Of a stretch of DNA of 64,000 nucleotides, positions 40,015 to 50,233 are shown in pieces. The notes under the pieces are model-generated. The model did no database searches, was not told the DNA's origin, and saw nothing but the letters and a program-made list of their open reading frames with translations. The DNA comes from a virus. The translations under genes and the position numbers were made by a program. Positions within the stretch are counted from its first letter, which is position 1. Each line of letters starts with the position of its first letter. The stretch covers positions 133,100 to 197,099 of the IMG/VR virus record IMGVR_UViG_3300023208_000003; one strand, given 5' to 3'.

Positions 40015-40475
40015 TTGCTGAACCTGAAAATGTTGAAGAATTACTTCTTCGAAATATTCCAGTTCAGCAAATTCTTGTAACACAGTTAACACCAGAAATT
40101 ATTGAGTTTAATCAATTTGCTGAAACATTGCTTTTAAAAAGCAATGATGACGATAAATATACGTGGAATTTAGAATGGAATATTCCAACTAAGTATAAAA
40201 CACTTGACGTTCGTGAATATTTCAATCAATTCAAAACCGGTGATGATCGAGTTGACACTAGGATTGATAACGAGTTAACACAGGTCTACAGGAGAAATCT
40301 TGTAGACTTGTTTAGAGTTATTATTTACATCGTTGATACTTTAAAAGAAAAGGCTCAGGTTTGGGGAGTAGGTAGAGGAAGTAGCTGCGCTTCATATCTT
40401 CTATTTTTAATTGGTCTACATTTAGTTGACCCATTAAAGTACAATATTTCATACTCCGAATTTTTCCATGATTGA
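39984..40475 (+). CDS. DNA polymerase III alpha-like fragment (GRGS part)
   Basis: RIDNEL...WGVGRGSSCASYLLFLIGLHLVDPLKYN...FF. Confidence 0.8.
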   Translation: MVSYRPDGKIIAEPENVEELLLRNIPVQQILVTQLTPEIIEFNQFAETLLLKSNDDDKYTWNLEWNIPTKYKTLDVREYFNQFKTGDDRVDTRIDNELTQVYRRNLVDLFRVIIYIVDTLKEKAQVWGVGRGSSCASYLLFLIGLHLVDPLKYNISYSEFFHD

Positions 40476-40548
40476 TATTTCTGCCTGACACCTATAAATA
40501 AAGTAGGTTCGCCTACTTTATAACTAATACCAAATAGTCGGAGAAATT

Positions 40549-40830
40549 ATGGGAAGAATAACACGATCTGCGCGCGGCGAAATTGTTGATTTTGATATTT
40601 TAGAAATTCAGCAGGCTCTTGCGGCAGCCCCTATACCAGTTTCTGTAAATCAACGAAGAAAATTTATTGATGAAAAAGGTGGCTTTTCAAAAGCAACGCC
40701 TGTTGCAGAACCTGTTGAAACTGCAATCAGCGATGAAAAACAAATTAATGAGTTACCACTTGCGCTAAGAGTCAGCGCTGAAGCCGCTGCAGAATCTGCC
40801 TCGGTATCAAAGAACTCAAAAACTAAATAA
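40549..40830 (+). CDS. Hypothetical late protein
   Basis: TATAAATA at 40493; SD GGAG. Confidence 0.65.
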   Translation: MGRITRSARGEIVDFDILEIQQALAAAPIPVSVNQRRKFIDEKGGFSKATPVAEPVETAISDEKQINELPLALRVSAEAAAESASVSKNSKTK

Positions 40831-40855
40831 AAATATTCATAAGGAAATAAGGCAT

Positions 40856-41164
40856 ATGTTAAGACCATTAGGCAATTCAATTTTATTTGCGTTCGTTGAT
40901 GATCATGCTGGCGGAAATTTTATTCCAAAAACAAAATCAGGAATTTTGTTAACAAATCAAAATCTTAATGAAGCTCATGTACCGAAATGGGCCAAGGTTT
41001 TAGCAATTGGCCCTGATGTTGATGAGCAAATAAAAGTTGGATTATACATTTTGATCGAACCATTAAAATGGACGATTGGCTTCAAGCATGAAAATGTTCA
41101 AATTTGGAAAACTGATGATACTCAAGTCATGCTTGTAGACGACGAGCCACACTTTTCGTATTAA
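40856..41164 (+). CDS. groES: GroES-like co-chaperonin
   Basis: LRPLGNSIL, TKSGILL, AKVLAIGPDV. Confidence 0.8.
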   Translation: MLRPLGNSILFAFVDDHAGGNFIPKTKSGILLTNQNLNEAHVPKWAKVLAIGPDVDEQIKVGLYILIEPLKWTIGFKHENVQIWKTDDTQVMLVDDEPHFSY

Positions 41165-42154
41165 ATGCTTTTTACTTTATTAGTTTTTTTATCAGCACTT
41201 ACAATTGAAGTTTTAGGAAGTTGGATTTCAATTTTGGGTTGGAGTTCATTTTTCTCAAATAATTTTTTAGTTCTTGCAGTCGCTGCCTCTCTTGACCTGG
41301 GGAAAGTTATTGGTGTCTCTTTCTTGTACAAGGAATGGAATAATATTAACTTTTTACAGAAACTTTACGGGGTGCCTGCGGCTGCGACATTAATTTTGAT
41401 TACTTCTGCTGGAGCTGCTGGATTTCTAGCTGCTGAATTTCAGAAATCATCAGTTCCTATAAAAGGGATTGAAACAAAAATTGAGTTGCTCGAAGCTGAA
41501 AAATCAAAGCTTGAAACGCGTAAAAGAGAAATTGATACTCAAATCGCGAACTTGCCAACAGACGTTGTTAGAGGAAGAACCAAGTTAATGGCAAATTTCA
41601 AAGCAGAACAAGAAGCAGTAACTAATCGAGTTGCCGAAATTGACAAGGAACTACCTGAGATCAAAATGACTCAGATAGATAGAAATGCCCATGTTGGGCC
41701 AATAATGTACCTTGCAGCAATCTTTGGAAAAACGCCAGAAGAAACTGTTAGTTATGCGATTTCATTAATTATTTTTGTTTTTGATCCATTAGCAATTTGG
41801 CTTCTTTTATCTGGAAACTATTTGCTATTAAAGAAAGTTCCGAAAAAAGAAGTCATAATTACTCCAGAAGAAGTAATTGTTGATTTTACACCTGATTTAG
41901 CATCTCCTGGATTTGTTAATGTTCCAAGTGGTCCTTTAGAATTAGAGCCAAAACACGACATTATTGAACCAATTGTAAAAGAAGAGCTACCATATATTCC
42001 TGAGCTAGAAGTAAAAGATAAAACGCCAACTGTTTTAACTGAGATTGAAAGTACACCCATGAGATCAAAACTTGAAGATATTGATGCCGACTCTATTCAA
42101 ATTGACTTTGGTAACGTTTCAAAAAACGCGCCAATTAATCAGGTTTATAGATAA
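41165..42154 (+). CDS. Membrane protein with coiled coil
   Basis: N-terminal TM helices, central coiled coil, FVFDPLAI motif. Confidence 0.7.
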   Translation: MLFTLLVFLSALTIEVLGSWISILGWSSFFSNNFLVLAVAASLDLGKVIGVSFLYKEWNNINFLQKLYGVPAAATLILITSAGAAGFLAAEFQKSSVPIKGIETKIELLEAEKSKLETRKREIDTQIANLPTDVVRGRTKLMANFKAEQEAVTNRVAEIDKELPEIKMTQIDRNAHVGPIMYLAAIFGKTPEETVSYAISLIIFVFDPLAIWLLLSGNYLLLKKVPKKEVIITPEEVIVDFTPDLASPGFVNVPSGPLELEPKHDIIEPIVKEELPYIPELEVKDKTPTVLTEIESTPMRSKLEDIDADSIQIDFGNVSKNAPINQVYR

Positions 42155-42212
42155 ATTGTACTTTTAAAAATATAAGTTGTATAATGATTCTTTGAATCAT
42201 TATGGAAGACAA

Positions 42213-43142
42213 ATGAAGAATAAAAGTCCACTTTGGGTTGATAGATACGCCCCAACTTGTTTAGCCGATATTGTGTTTCAAGATAATTCGCAACGAGCTT
42301 ATTTTGAATCAATAGTTAAAAATAAAGATCTTCCCCACTTATTGATTAGTGGAATTAAAGGAACTGGTAAATCTACTTTATCAAATATTTTAATTTCTGA
42401 GCTAGGTGTTCATGAACTTGATGTGCTTCGTATTAACTCATCAGATGAAACTGGCGTTGATACGATTCGTGAAAAGATCAGTCGATTTGCAAATGTAATG
42501 CCGTTTGGAGATTTTAAAGTAATTCAGCTCGAGGAAGCTGATTATCTTTCTCCTAACGCGCAAGCTATGTTGCGTCACATAATTGTTGAAAATACGTCAA
42601 CCACAAGATTTATCGCAACATGTAATCATGAAAATCGATTAACTATTGAGATTAAGTCAAGGTTCAACCACATTAGATTTAAATCTCCGCACACTGATTC
42701 TGTAATTGAATTAGTTGTTGACATTCTTGATAAAGAAGGGGTTGACATAAACGTTGATGTGCTTGAAAAAATAATCTACTCATCATATCCAGACATTCGT
42801 CAAATAATTACAATTTGTCAAGAATCATCAAGATCAGGAGTTCTTAAAGCTCCTCTTGAAAGTGAATCAAAAAATTATCGTTATGATGTTCTTGAGCTTT
42901 TACAACAAAATAAATTTAAGGAAGCCAGAAAACTTTTAGTAGATTCAGTTAACACTGAAGATTACGAAGATTTGTTTAGATTTTTGTATACAAGTCTTGA
43001 ACTCATTCCAAAGTTTAAAGTTGATGACAATAAACAAGAAAAGGCAATCATTGAAATAGCTGAGCACCTTTACAAGCATGGCATTGTGGTTGACCCTGAA
43101 ATTAACTTTGCCGCATTACTTATAAAGCTAGGTGCTCTTTAA
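42213..43142 (+). CDS. Clamp loader AAA+ subunit (gp44/RFC-like)
   Basis: LWVDRYAP, GIKGTGKS, LEEADYLSPNAQAMLR, IKSR, YPDIR. Confidence 0.92.
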   Translation: MKNKSPLWVDRYAPTCLADIVFQDNSQRAYFESIVKNKDLPHLLISGIKGTGKSTLSNILISELGVHELDVLRINSSDETGVDTIREKISRFANVMPFGDFKVIQLEEADYLSPNAQAMLRHIIVENTSTTRFIATCNHENRLTIEIKSRFNHIRFKSPHTDSVIELVVDILDKEGVDINVDVLEKIIYSSYPDIRQIITICQESSRSGVLKAPLESESKNYRYDVLELLQQNKFKEARKLLVDSVNTEDYEDLFRFLYTSLELIPKFKVDDNKQEKAIIEIAEHLYKHGIVVDPEINFAALLIKLGAL

Positions 43143-43615
43143 TGGGAGAAAAAGTTCGAAGCTTCAAGCTTGATATTTTCTGGTTGCTTAGTGAAATTAA
43201 CAAACGCAATTTCAATATTTGGGAAAGTTTAACGGTTGAACAACAAAAAGGATTTTCTCCAATTGTTGTTCAACGCTGGTTGGCAGGAACACATGATACA
43301 GAAGCACTTAGGAAGCTAAATGATAACGTAAATCCATATGTGTTTGCGCTGGGTAAATACCCTAATTTGTTGCTAAAACTGATGTCAACAACAGGAAATA
43401 AAAAAACAAATCGCTATTTTTGGAAGCCACTTAATAAAAAGAAACAAAAAAAGCTTGCGCTTGAAGTAATTGCTACAGCTCGAAATTGTTCGCTTCGAGA
43501 GGCAAAAATAATTTTTCCAGGTTATACTGATGATGATATAATAACGTTGGCCGAAGATTTAGCTTGGGAAAAAGATCAATTGACAAAATTGAAAAAAGAA
43601 TTAAAAGATGGATGA
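43142..43615 (+). CDS. Clamp loader small subunit (gp62-like, probable)
   Basis: FSPIVVQRWL motif; directly follows gp44. Confidence 0.6.
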   Translation: MGEKVRSFKLDIFWLLSEINKRNFNIWESLTVEQQKGFSPIVVQRWLAGTHDTEALRKLNDNVNPYVFALGKYPNLLLKLMSTTGNKKTNRYFWKPLNKKKQKKLALEVIATARNCSLREAKIIFPGYTDDDIITLAEDLAWEKDQLTKLKKELKDG

Positions 43616-44351
43616 AGAAACAATTCGTCGAATTGCAAAGAAGAGAAAAGCACAAGTTGAGATAAATGCAAGTCCAAGCAGTTGGACTTGCCCTCATTGT
43701 AAAAGAACTCTTGCAAATGAAACCAATTTCATGAAGCATAGTTGTCGTGAAATGGAGCGTGCTGAAATTTTAAAAACTCCAATTGGGCAAGGAGCATTTG
43801 CAATCTATGCTGACTGGATGACTATTCAGAAGCGAGCAGTTCCTCCAATTGACACGTTTGCAGAATCTAGATTTTTTTCAGTTTTTATAAAGTTTGCCGA
43901 ATTTATAAAAAAGCTCGGCATAAGCAAACCAACGGTTTACGTGCGAACTATGGTTGAAATTGACTATCCACCTGCAATGTGGATGAGAAATGAAGCTTAT
44001 GGGGCTTATATTCAACAGGTCGATAAATCAGTTGATAATCCACAGGAAGCGTTAGCTGAAAGTATCGGTGTTTTAATTAACTATGCTGAAAAATATGAAG
44101 TTGATTTAACTAATGTTCTTAATGAAATCGGAAGTAAAAGATTCATTGAGTTATTTCGTCGCCGTCAGCTTTCTCCATGGATTATTTTTATTAGTAGCTC
44201 AGTGAATCAATTTGTTAGTAAAATGGACACTGAAGATAAGGAAGAATTAAAAAAAGTAATTAATATAGGTTTTTGGTTTACTAAGTTTGAAGAAATGAAA
44301 TCCACTGTTGATGAATTGAAGCATTTCATAAAGGAAGAATTTGGTTTATGA
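43608..44351 (+). CDS. Hypothetical protein with zinc finger
   Basis: WTCPHC...FMKHSC. Confidence 0.65.
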   Translation: MDEETIRRIAKKRKAQVEINASPSSWTCPHCKRTLANETNFMKHSCREMERAEILKTPIGQGAFAIYADWMTIQKRAVPPIDTFAESRFFSVFIKFAEFIKKLGISKPTVYVRTMVEIDYPPAMWMRNEAYGAYIQQVDKSVDNPQEALAESIGVLINYAEKYEVDLTNVLNEIGSKRFIELFRRRQLSPWIIFISSSVNQFVSKMDTEDKEELKKVINIGFWFTKFEEMKSTVDELKHFIKEEFGL

Positions 44352-44926
44352 GCGCTGACGTTGATATTGATTTTCCGTCAGATTTCAATCCTATTAAAAT
44401 TTTTCCAGAGTTGATACGAGCTTCTCAATCAAAAAAAGGAAACTTAACACCTCACCAATGTGGCTTTTATTTTCAAAACATTGTAAAAGACATATTAACA
44501 GATTTAGCGTGTATTGATTATGAAATTGCTGAAGAAATTGGTTATCAAAAAATTGACTTTCTTCATTTAGGCGTTTATGATCATTTTACTAGTAGAGCTG
44601 AAATTGAAGAGCTTATAAATGTAGAACCTGATTGGAATCTTCTTTTGATTCCAAGCAAAGTTGAAAAACTATTTCATCTTGCAAAGCATTATGATGTTTT
44701 AGAAAAAATAAAACCTAAATCAATTGATGATGTTGCAGATGCGCTTGCATTAATTAGACCAGGTAAAAGAGAACTTCTTGATTTTTATTTGGAAAATAAA
44801 CAAGAATGTCGAAAAATCCTGTATTCAAAAACTAAGACTGGATATTCTTTTAAAAAGTCTCATGGTATAGCGTACGCGCTAATTATTGTTTTACAGCTTC
44901 ACATGATAGAAGCTGGAATTATCTAA
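44348..44926 (+). CDS. DNA polymerase III alpha-like fragment (catalytic palm part)
   Basis: ADVDIDF, KIDFLHL, LFHL, KPKSIDD.ADALALIRPG, YSFKKSHGIAYA. Confidence 0.8.
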   Translation: MSADVDIDFPSDFNPIKIFPELIRASQSKKGNLTPHQCGFYFQNIVKDILTDLACIDYEIAEEIGYQKIDFLHLGVYDHFTSRAEIEELINVEPDWNLLLIPSKVEKLFHLAKHYDVLEKIKPKSIDDVADALALIRPGKRELLDFYLENKQECRKILYSKTKTGYSFKKSHGIAYALIIVLQLHMIEAGII

Positions 44927-44937
44927 GGAGAAAAAAA

Positions 44938-45189
44938 ATGAGCTTGAATCTTTTTGTAGTAAAACATGGTACCAAGGTAGTTGGTGAATTTGAGAATAAA
45001 ATTCTCGCAAAAGTAGCTCGTGACGAGCTAAATGGCGGTGCCTTTGGTTCTGATAAGTCTAGTGATTCTCATCATGTTTCTCGCAGTAAAGACCACTGGC
45101 GGGGGCTATCAGGATTGGTTCCTGCAACCAGACCTCAAGGCAGTCGTAAAAATTCTAAAGTTGAAGCCAAAAAGGGTGCTAAGAAATAA
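44938..45189 (+). CDS. Hypothetical protein
   Basis: SD AAGGAG. Confidence 0.65.
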   Translation: MSLNLFVVKHGTKVVGEFENKILAKVARDELNGGAFGSDKSSDSHHVSRSKDHWRGLSGLVPATRPQGSRKNSKVEAKKGAKK

Positions 45190-45455
45190 TGGTTTTAAAC
45201 GATAGCAGATTAAAAGCGTGCAACGTTTTACGACAACTGTTGAACGGTGAAACTTTAAAATTTTATGGTGTTGACGTTAAATGGTTTAATGAAGACGCAA
45301 CCTATGAAGAAGATGGTAAGATAAAAAGAGCTGATAAATCTGGAATTTATAAAAACATTCCTGTCGTAACTCCTAAACGTCAACATAAGTATAATAAATG
45401 GGTTTTTATTGAAATTTCTGTTGATGAATTTGTAGAAATGTGTAAACTGTCTTAA
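45189..45455 (+). CDS. Hypothetical protein
   Basis: Coupled ORF. Confidence 0.55.
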   Translation: MVLNDSRLKACNVLRQLLNGETLKFYGVDVKWFNEDATYEEDGKIKRADKSGIYKNIPVVTPKRQHKYNKWVFIEISVDEFVEMCKLS

Positions 45456-45510
45456 AATAAATTGTACTTCTAAAAAAATTAGGTTATAATTTGTTCAAGA
45501 GAATTATTAC

Positions 45511-46545
45511 TTGGATAGAATTCAAATGAAAAATTTACTTGCAGAAATTGTTAGTGGCTCCCACCTGTTTGGTACTTCCACGCCAACATCAGACCGTGAC
45601 TTTAAGGTAATTTACATCCCTGACCTCAATCAAGTTCTTCTTGAACGACGTTCAGCTATCATTAAGAAGCGGCCTGAAGGTGTGAGCGACGATGACATCA
45701 TGCCCGCCGATGAGTCGGAATATGAATTTGTTCCGCTCAAAACTTTTGCGGAACACTTCTTTGAAGGGCAAACATACGCAATTGAATCTGCTTTTGTTAT
45801 AGCGTTTAGCAATAACGAAAACAAACAGTTTGTTAATTGTTATGATGCTCGAATTGTTGAATTCTGTCATGAGTTAATTAATGACTTCTTAACGGATGAT
45901 ATCACAAAGATGATTCAGTACGCTATGAGCCAAGCAGAGCTTTATGGTGCTCGCGCCAGCAGGTTAAACTCGGTTGAAGCAATTATTGAGCTCATTGAAC
46001 ATGAACTTACAGAGGGATTACTGGATGTTTCTAACACGCTTGGGTCAATTGAATCAAAGCTGACAAAGTTGCAGTCAGAATTTATCTTCATGACAGAAAT
46101 AAAAGACACAAAAACCGGTTACGATAAGATGCCAGCGCTGTCTGTTAATAATCGCACTTATGCTCTTACGACAAAAGTTGGGCATTTTTTAAACGCAATG
46201 AAGGGGCTTCGTGATAAATATGGAGAGCGAGTTCGTAAATCACAGGGTGATGAAGTTGACTGGAAGGCGCTTTCACACGCCATCCGCATCACTGAAGAAG
46301 CGCTAGAAATTTTAACGGTAGGTAAAATTAATTTCCCACGTGAAAGCGCCAAGCATCTTCTAGATATCAAAAATGGAAAAATTCCATTCGACAGGGTTAA
46401 GGCAGAATTTGAGGAGCTAAATGAACGTGTTACGAACGCGCAGCAAATTACTAACTTACCATTTAAGGACGATAATCTTAAACGTCAGTTTTACGAATGG
46501 TTAGTCGACTGGCTTAGACTCTTTTACGATATTGAACACAATTAA
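45511..46545 (+). CDS. Pol-beta superfamily nucleotidyltransferase
   Basis: GSHLFGTSTPTSDRDFK; C-terminal DWKALSHAIR...LLDIKNG. Confidence 0.8.
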   Translation: MDRIQMKNLLAEIVSGSHLFGTSTPTSDRDFKVIYIPDLNQVLLERRSAIIKKRPEGVSDDDIMPADESEYEFVPLKTFAEHFFEGQTYAIESAFVIAFSNNENKQFVNCYDARIVEFCHELINDFLTDDITKMIQYAMSQAELYGARASRLNSVEAIIELIEHELTEGLLDVSNTLGSIESKLTKLQSEFIFMTEIKDTKTGYDKMPALSVNNRTYALTTKVGHFLNAMKGLRDKYGERVRKSQGDEVDWKALSHAIRITEEALEILTVGKINFPRESAKHLLDIKNGKIPFDRVKAEFEELNERVTNAQQITNLPFKDDNLKRQFYEWLVDWLRLFYDIEHN

Positions 46546-46546
46546 A

Positions 46547-46750
46547 ATGCCACTTTACGATTATAAATGCACTGGCTGTGGTCGGTTTACGGAATTAAAT
46601 TCATCAATTTCTTCACGTAATGAACAATATTGTGATATTTGTGGTATGATGCTAAAGCGCGTAATTAGCGCCGTAAATATTAATCTTAAAGGCTCAGACT
46701 TTTATAAACCAGGTTTTTCAGGAAAAACTCAAAATGCTAAATCCACTTGA
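46547..46750 (+). CDS. FmdB-family zinc ribbon protein
   Basis: MPLYDYKCTGC...CDICG...KGSDFY. Confidence 0.8.
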   Translation: MPLYDYKCTGCGRFTELNSSISSRNEQYCDICGMMLKRVISAVNINLKGSDFYKPGFSGKTQNAKST

Positions 46751-46931
46751 TGTTATAAATTATATTTGTTTAGGTTTTATGACGATTGCATTTTCAATTT
46801 TCTTTACTGGAAATACTTCAGCTCATTATTATAGCTTAACTGTTCAAGATTTTTTCATTGAGTTTCCAGAATTTTTTCTAGAGAATTAAAATGTTGACAC
46901 TTATTGACAAAATTCTAACCTATTTTGCTGC

Positions 46932-46959
46932 AATGGCGCTCGCATTTTTGAGCGCCATT
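46932..46959. terminator. Bidirectional terminator-like hairpin
   Basis: AATGGCGCTC / GAGCGCCATT between convergent genes. Confidence 0.6.
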
Positions 46960-46994
46960 TGCTTTATTCTTTTTCTTTTATTTTCAACTGGCGT

Positions 46995-47465
46995 TTACAC
47001 AGTCGAGAAAATTTCAGGAATTTGGCGCTGGGTATTTACAGATTGATTTTTTAAGCGAATTGGAATTCCTTCTTGAATAGGAATTACTCTTCTGCGCTTA
47101 ACCTTTTTAGGTTGGCTAAAATCAAACTTAAATGGATTTCCTAAAACTCTGGCAACAAAATTAACATCAAAGCTTCTATACATATTTGAAAGCGAGCCTG
47201 TTAATCCAAGCTTTGCGACTTCAATACTAATTGGATAATTATTACTACTTTTGTAAAACCAAATATTTACAATGCGCATGAATTGTTGAATGTCAACATT
47301 TGACTGCGCAGCATAATCAAGAACATAGGCGCCTATTTCAAAAGGTGTAATGTTATCAATTACAACTAAAAAATTTTCTCGCTTGTACTCAATGAGTGAT
47401 AAAGCGAAAAGATTAGTTCTATCCTGCAAAAATTCAATTTGAAGTGGTGGAATTTTCTTTTTCAT
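46995..47465 (-). CDS. Hypothetical protein
   Basis: Intact 156-aa ORF coupled to 47465..47668. Confidence 0.65.
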   Translation of the reverse strand: MKKKIPPLQIEFLQDRTNLFALSLIEYKRENFLVVIDNITPFEIGAYVLDYAAQSNVDIQQFMRIVNIWFYKSSNNYPISIEVAKLGLTGSLSNMYRSFDVNFVARVLGNPFKFDFSQPKKVKRRRVIPIQEGIPIRLKNQSVNTQRQIPEIFSTV

Positions 47466-47668
47466 TATTGACTCACCAATATGCCCGTTTTTTTGTATTC
47501 TCGGGGGCGGCCGGCGTCATCATAAACAATATTACCGTCTATTGTAGCGGCCATGTATTTTCCATGAGGCCCGACGTATAAACTTGGTTTAACTTGCTTA
47601 CCTTCGTGCATTCTAACACGCTGAGTATTTACACTAGCTGATGTGTTTTTCTTTGGTGGACCTGCCAT
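47465..47668 (-). CDS. Hypothetical protein
   Basis: SD AAGGAG on the minus strand. Confidence 0.65.
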   Translation of the reverse strand: MAGPPKKNTSASVNTQRVRMHEGKQVKPSLYVGPHGKYMAATIDGNIVYDDAGRPREYKKTGILVSQ

Positions 47669-47743
47669 ATAATTTCTCCTTATAAATTTATCGTTCTTAT
47701 TAAATAACTTTGTTTAATAAGACGTATTTATTGGAGAAATGAA

Positions 47744-48157
47744 GTGTTTTTTGATTTTTTAAAAGCATTTATAATTCTTTCTTTGATAATTGGAACACAA
47801 AATGGAACATCTTTATTTTCTAAAACTAAAAAGTTTCATAATTTTGATTACTTAACCTTTAACTTTAAACCCATTAACCAAATTGAATTATTTGTAGGAC
47901 CATATTATGCCAATAAAGCACTTACAACTAGCTATAACCAAGTAGGAATTCTAACAGGAATAAATATTGAAATTATTCCAAAACAACTAGATTTAAATTT
48001 GTCATATGTTTCAGGACACACAAATGTTTCAGGTGCGATGACACAGTTATTGTACAGGCCATTTAAAAAAGTACAACTTTACGGAGGAGTTGGTGTTCCT
48101 GAAAAACAAAGCGGAAATGAATTTTTTGGAATTTTTGGTATAAATTACACATTCTAA
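47744..48157 (+). CDS. Beta-strand-rich protein resembling an outer-membrane barrel C-terminus (possibly a fragment)
   Basis: Alternating hydrophobic strands; ends GINYTF. Confidence 0.4.
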   Translation: MFFDFLKAFIILSLIIGTQNGTSLFSKTKKFHNFDYLTFNFKPINQIELFVGPYYANKALTTSYNQVGILTGINIEIIPKQLDLNLSYVSGHTNVSGAMTQLLYRPFKKVQLYGGVGVPEKQSGNEFFGIFGINYTF

Positions 48158-48214
48158 GTTTACAGTGTTAACTATTTGTTGTATAATTTAACAACAGCTA
48201 ACTTTAGGTGAATA

Positions 48215-48676
48215 GTGATGTCTACTTGGTTCAAAACAACCGGTACGTTAATTTACGATCCAAATCGTGGAAAGATGAAAAACCGTACAGTTTGGTGGGC
48301 TGTTGTTAATACCTGTCCAGAAATTGCCAACTACTATCGTTGGTGGCTTGAAAAATTCTGGTGGCATTGGGAAGCCAATGGGTACAAGAGACGTTACTTA
48401 CAACCAGCCTGGGGGTCTCACGTCAGCGTCATTCGCGGCGAGGAGCCTCTTAATAAAGAGCTTTGGGGCAAGTATAATGGCGAGCGAATTATTTTAGAGT
48501 ATCAACACAAAATCGAAGCTACTCGTGAGCTTGGTTTTCGTGACAAGTTTTTTATGGTACGAGTTCGCTCTCATCGCTTGAATGAAATCAGAAAGGAACT
48601 TGGCTTAAAATCTGAAGATGCTAAAGGCCGAGAATTTACTTTCCACATTACAATTGCTAAAACAGAGGAAAATTAA
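48215..48676 (+). CDS. 2H phosphoesterase family protein
   Basis: Two HxS/T motifs: GSHVSVI and FHITIA. Confidence 0.7.
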   Translation: MMSTWFKTTGTLIYDPNRGKMKNRTVWWAVVNTCPEIANYYRWWLEKFWWHWEANGYKRRYLQPAWGSHVSVIRGEEPLNKELWGKYNGERIILEYQHKIEATRELGFRDKFFMVRVRSHRLNEIRKELGLKSEDAKGREFTFHITIAKTEEN

Positions 48677-48894
48677 TGATCAACACACTTTTAGAAGATA
48701 TTCAAGAACTTGCGAACAAAGTTGCACATGGTTATGATATCGATGCTATAGAAAATGGAGAATGGAATGATTTTCAATCAATTGATAGTCATGAATATCA
48801 ATTGCGTCGACTAAAAACTCGTGTTGATGCGGTTCTATCAGCCATTGAAATATATAGGCTTGAAGAGAAAATCACAAACAGTGACCATAGTTAA
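48676..48894 (+). CDS. Hypothetical protein
   Basis: Coupled ORF. Confidence 0.55.
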   Translation: MINTLLEDIQELANKVAHGYDIDAIENGEWNDFQSIDSHEYQLRRLKTRVDAVLSAIEIYRLEEKITNSDHS

Positions 48895-49216
48895 TCTTTA
48901 CGGGCTATTTGTTGATGATACTAGAGATGTTCCTACAGATTACTATAAGATTTGTGGGAACTGGACGGTTGTATATGATTACTTTACTGCAGTAGAGTTT
49001 TTACAGAAATACAAATATGATTTTCTTTCTTTAGATCATGACCTTGCGTCATTCTCTCCTGATGGTAGAGAGTGGACAGGTTATGACATTTGTTTATGGT
49101 TGGCAGAACAAAAAACATTTGGTTTGTGGATACCGCCTATAATAAAAGTTCACTCAGCAAATCCTGTTGGTTCAACCAGAATGCGCGGCGTTATTGAACG
49201 TTATTTAATTTCTTAA
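48881..49216 (+). CDS. Cyclic-phosphate-processing receiver-like domain protein
   Basis: LFVDDTR, LSLDHDL, TGYDICLWL, VHSANPVG. Confidence 0.7.
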   Translation: MTIVNLYGLFVDDTRDVPTDYYKICGNWTVVYDYFTAVEFLQKYKYDFLSLDHDLASFSPDGREWTGYDICLWLAEQKTFGLWIPPIIKVHSANPVGSTRMRGVIERYLIS

Positions 49217-49263
49217 AATTGTACTTTTTTGGTTTTTGATTATAATTATTTCATAACGCAGAG

Positions 49264-49536
49264 GTGACTAAGATGTTTAATTCATATTCTTTATCATGTA
49301 TCGATGACGCTGCCGCCTTTATTGAACGTCTTATTGAAGATGTTCAACATGCAAATAAAGACAATTTACCGAACATCAAAATTGAACGACTGATAAAGCA
49401 GCTCAGCATGCTTCAACAAGTTACAACTGAACTTTCTGACTCGCTTGATCAAATAAAGTATGAAAGAACCATGGCCGAATTCAGGTGCAATAGTGAGCAA
49501 AAGCTTGAGCTATGGAAAGAATCACTAAAAAATTAA
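49264..49536 (+). CDS. Hypothetical protein
   Basis: Follows the promoter at 49219. Confidence 0.55.
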   Translation: MTKMFNSYSLSCIDDAAAFIERLIEDVQHANKDNLPNIKIERLIKQLSMLQQVTTELSDSLDQIKYERTMAEFRCNSEQKLELWKESLKN

Positions 49537-49590
49537 TTTTTTAAAAATGTAATTTTTTGGTTTTTTGATTATAATTATTTCATAAACCAA

Positions 49591-50232
49591 ATGAGTGTTA
49601 CTTCAATGAGTAAAGTCAAATACCCCCGCACCTATCATCTTCCCTGGTCGCTAGGTCGTTCTGATGATGACAAAGTGCTCAAGAATGTTGAACATTTTGA
49701 AGGTCAACATGTCATCATAACAGAAAAAATGGATGGTGAGAACACTTCACTTTATACTAATGGCAATCTACATGCCAGGTCACTTGACAGTGCAAATCAC
49801 CCTTCTCGTGATTGGGTAAAGCGTTGGTGGCAAGAACGTTGTTATGACCTTCCTGAAGGTTGGAGAGTTTGTGGAGAAAACTTATTTGCTCAACACTCGA
49901 TTAGATATGAGAACTTGGTAATACCATTTCGTGGGTTTTCAATTTGGAATGAAAAAAATTTTTGTTTAAGCTGGGGTGAAACACAAGAATGGTTTTCACT
50001 TCTCGAAATTCCGTCTGTACATATTCTTTGGCAAGGTGAATTTGACGAAGACCAAATTCGTCAAATTCAATATCGACTGGATACAACAACACAGGAAGGT
50101 TACGTGGTCAGAATGAAAAAGGGGTTTCACTATAAGGATTTTGCTCAGTCAGTAGCTAAGTTTGTTCGTGCTAGTCACGTTCAAACTGATACGCACTGGA
50201 TGCATTCTGAAATCGTGCCAAATGGGCTCTAA
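49591..50232 (+). CDS. ATP-dependent RNA ligase
   Basis: KYPRTYHLPWS, TEKMDGEN, HARS, GENLFA, EGYVVR, KFVR. Confidence 0.85.
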   Translation: MSVTSMSKVKYPRTYHLPWSLGRSDDDKVLKNVEHFEGQHVIITEKMDGENTSLYTNGNLHARSLDSANHPSRDWVKRWWQERCYDLPEGWRVCGENLFAQHSIRYENLVIPFRGFSIWNEKNFCLSWGETQEWFSLLEIPSVHILWQGEFDEDQIRQIQYRLDTTTQEGYVVRMKKGFHYKDFAQSVAKFVRASHVQTDTHWMHSEIVPNGL

Positions 50233-50233
50233 A

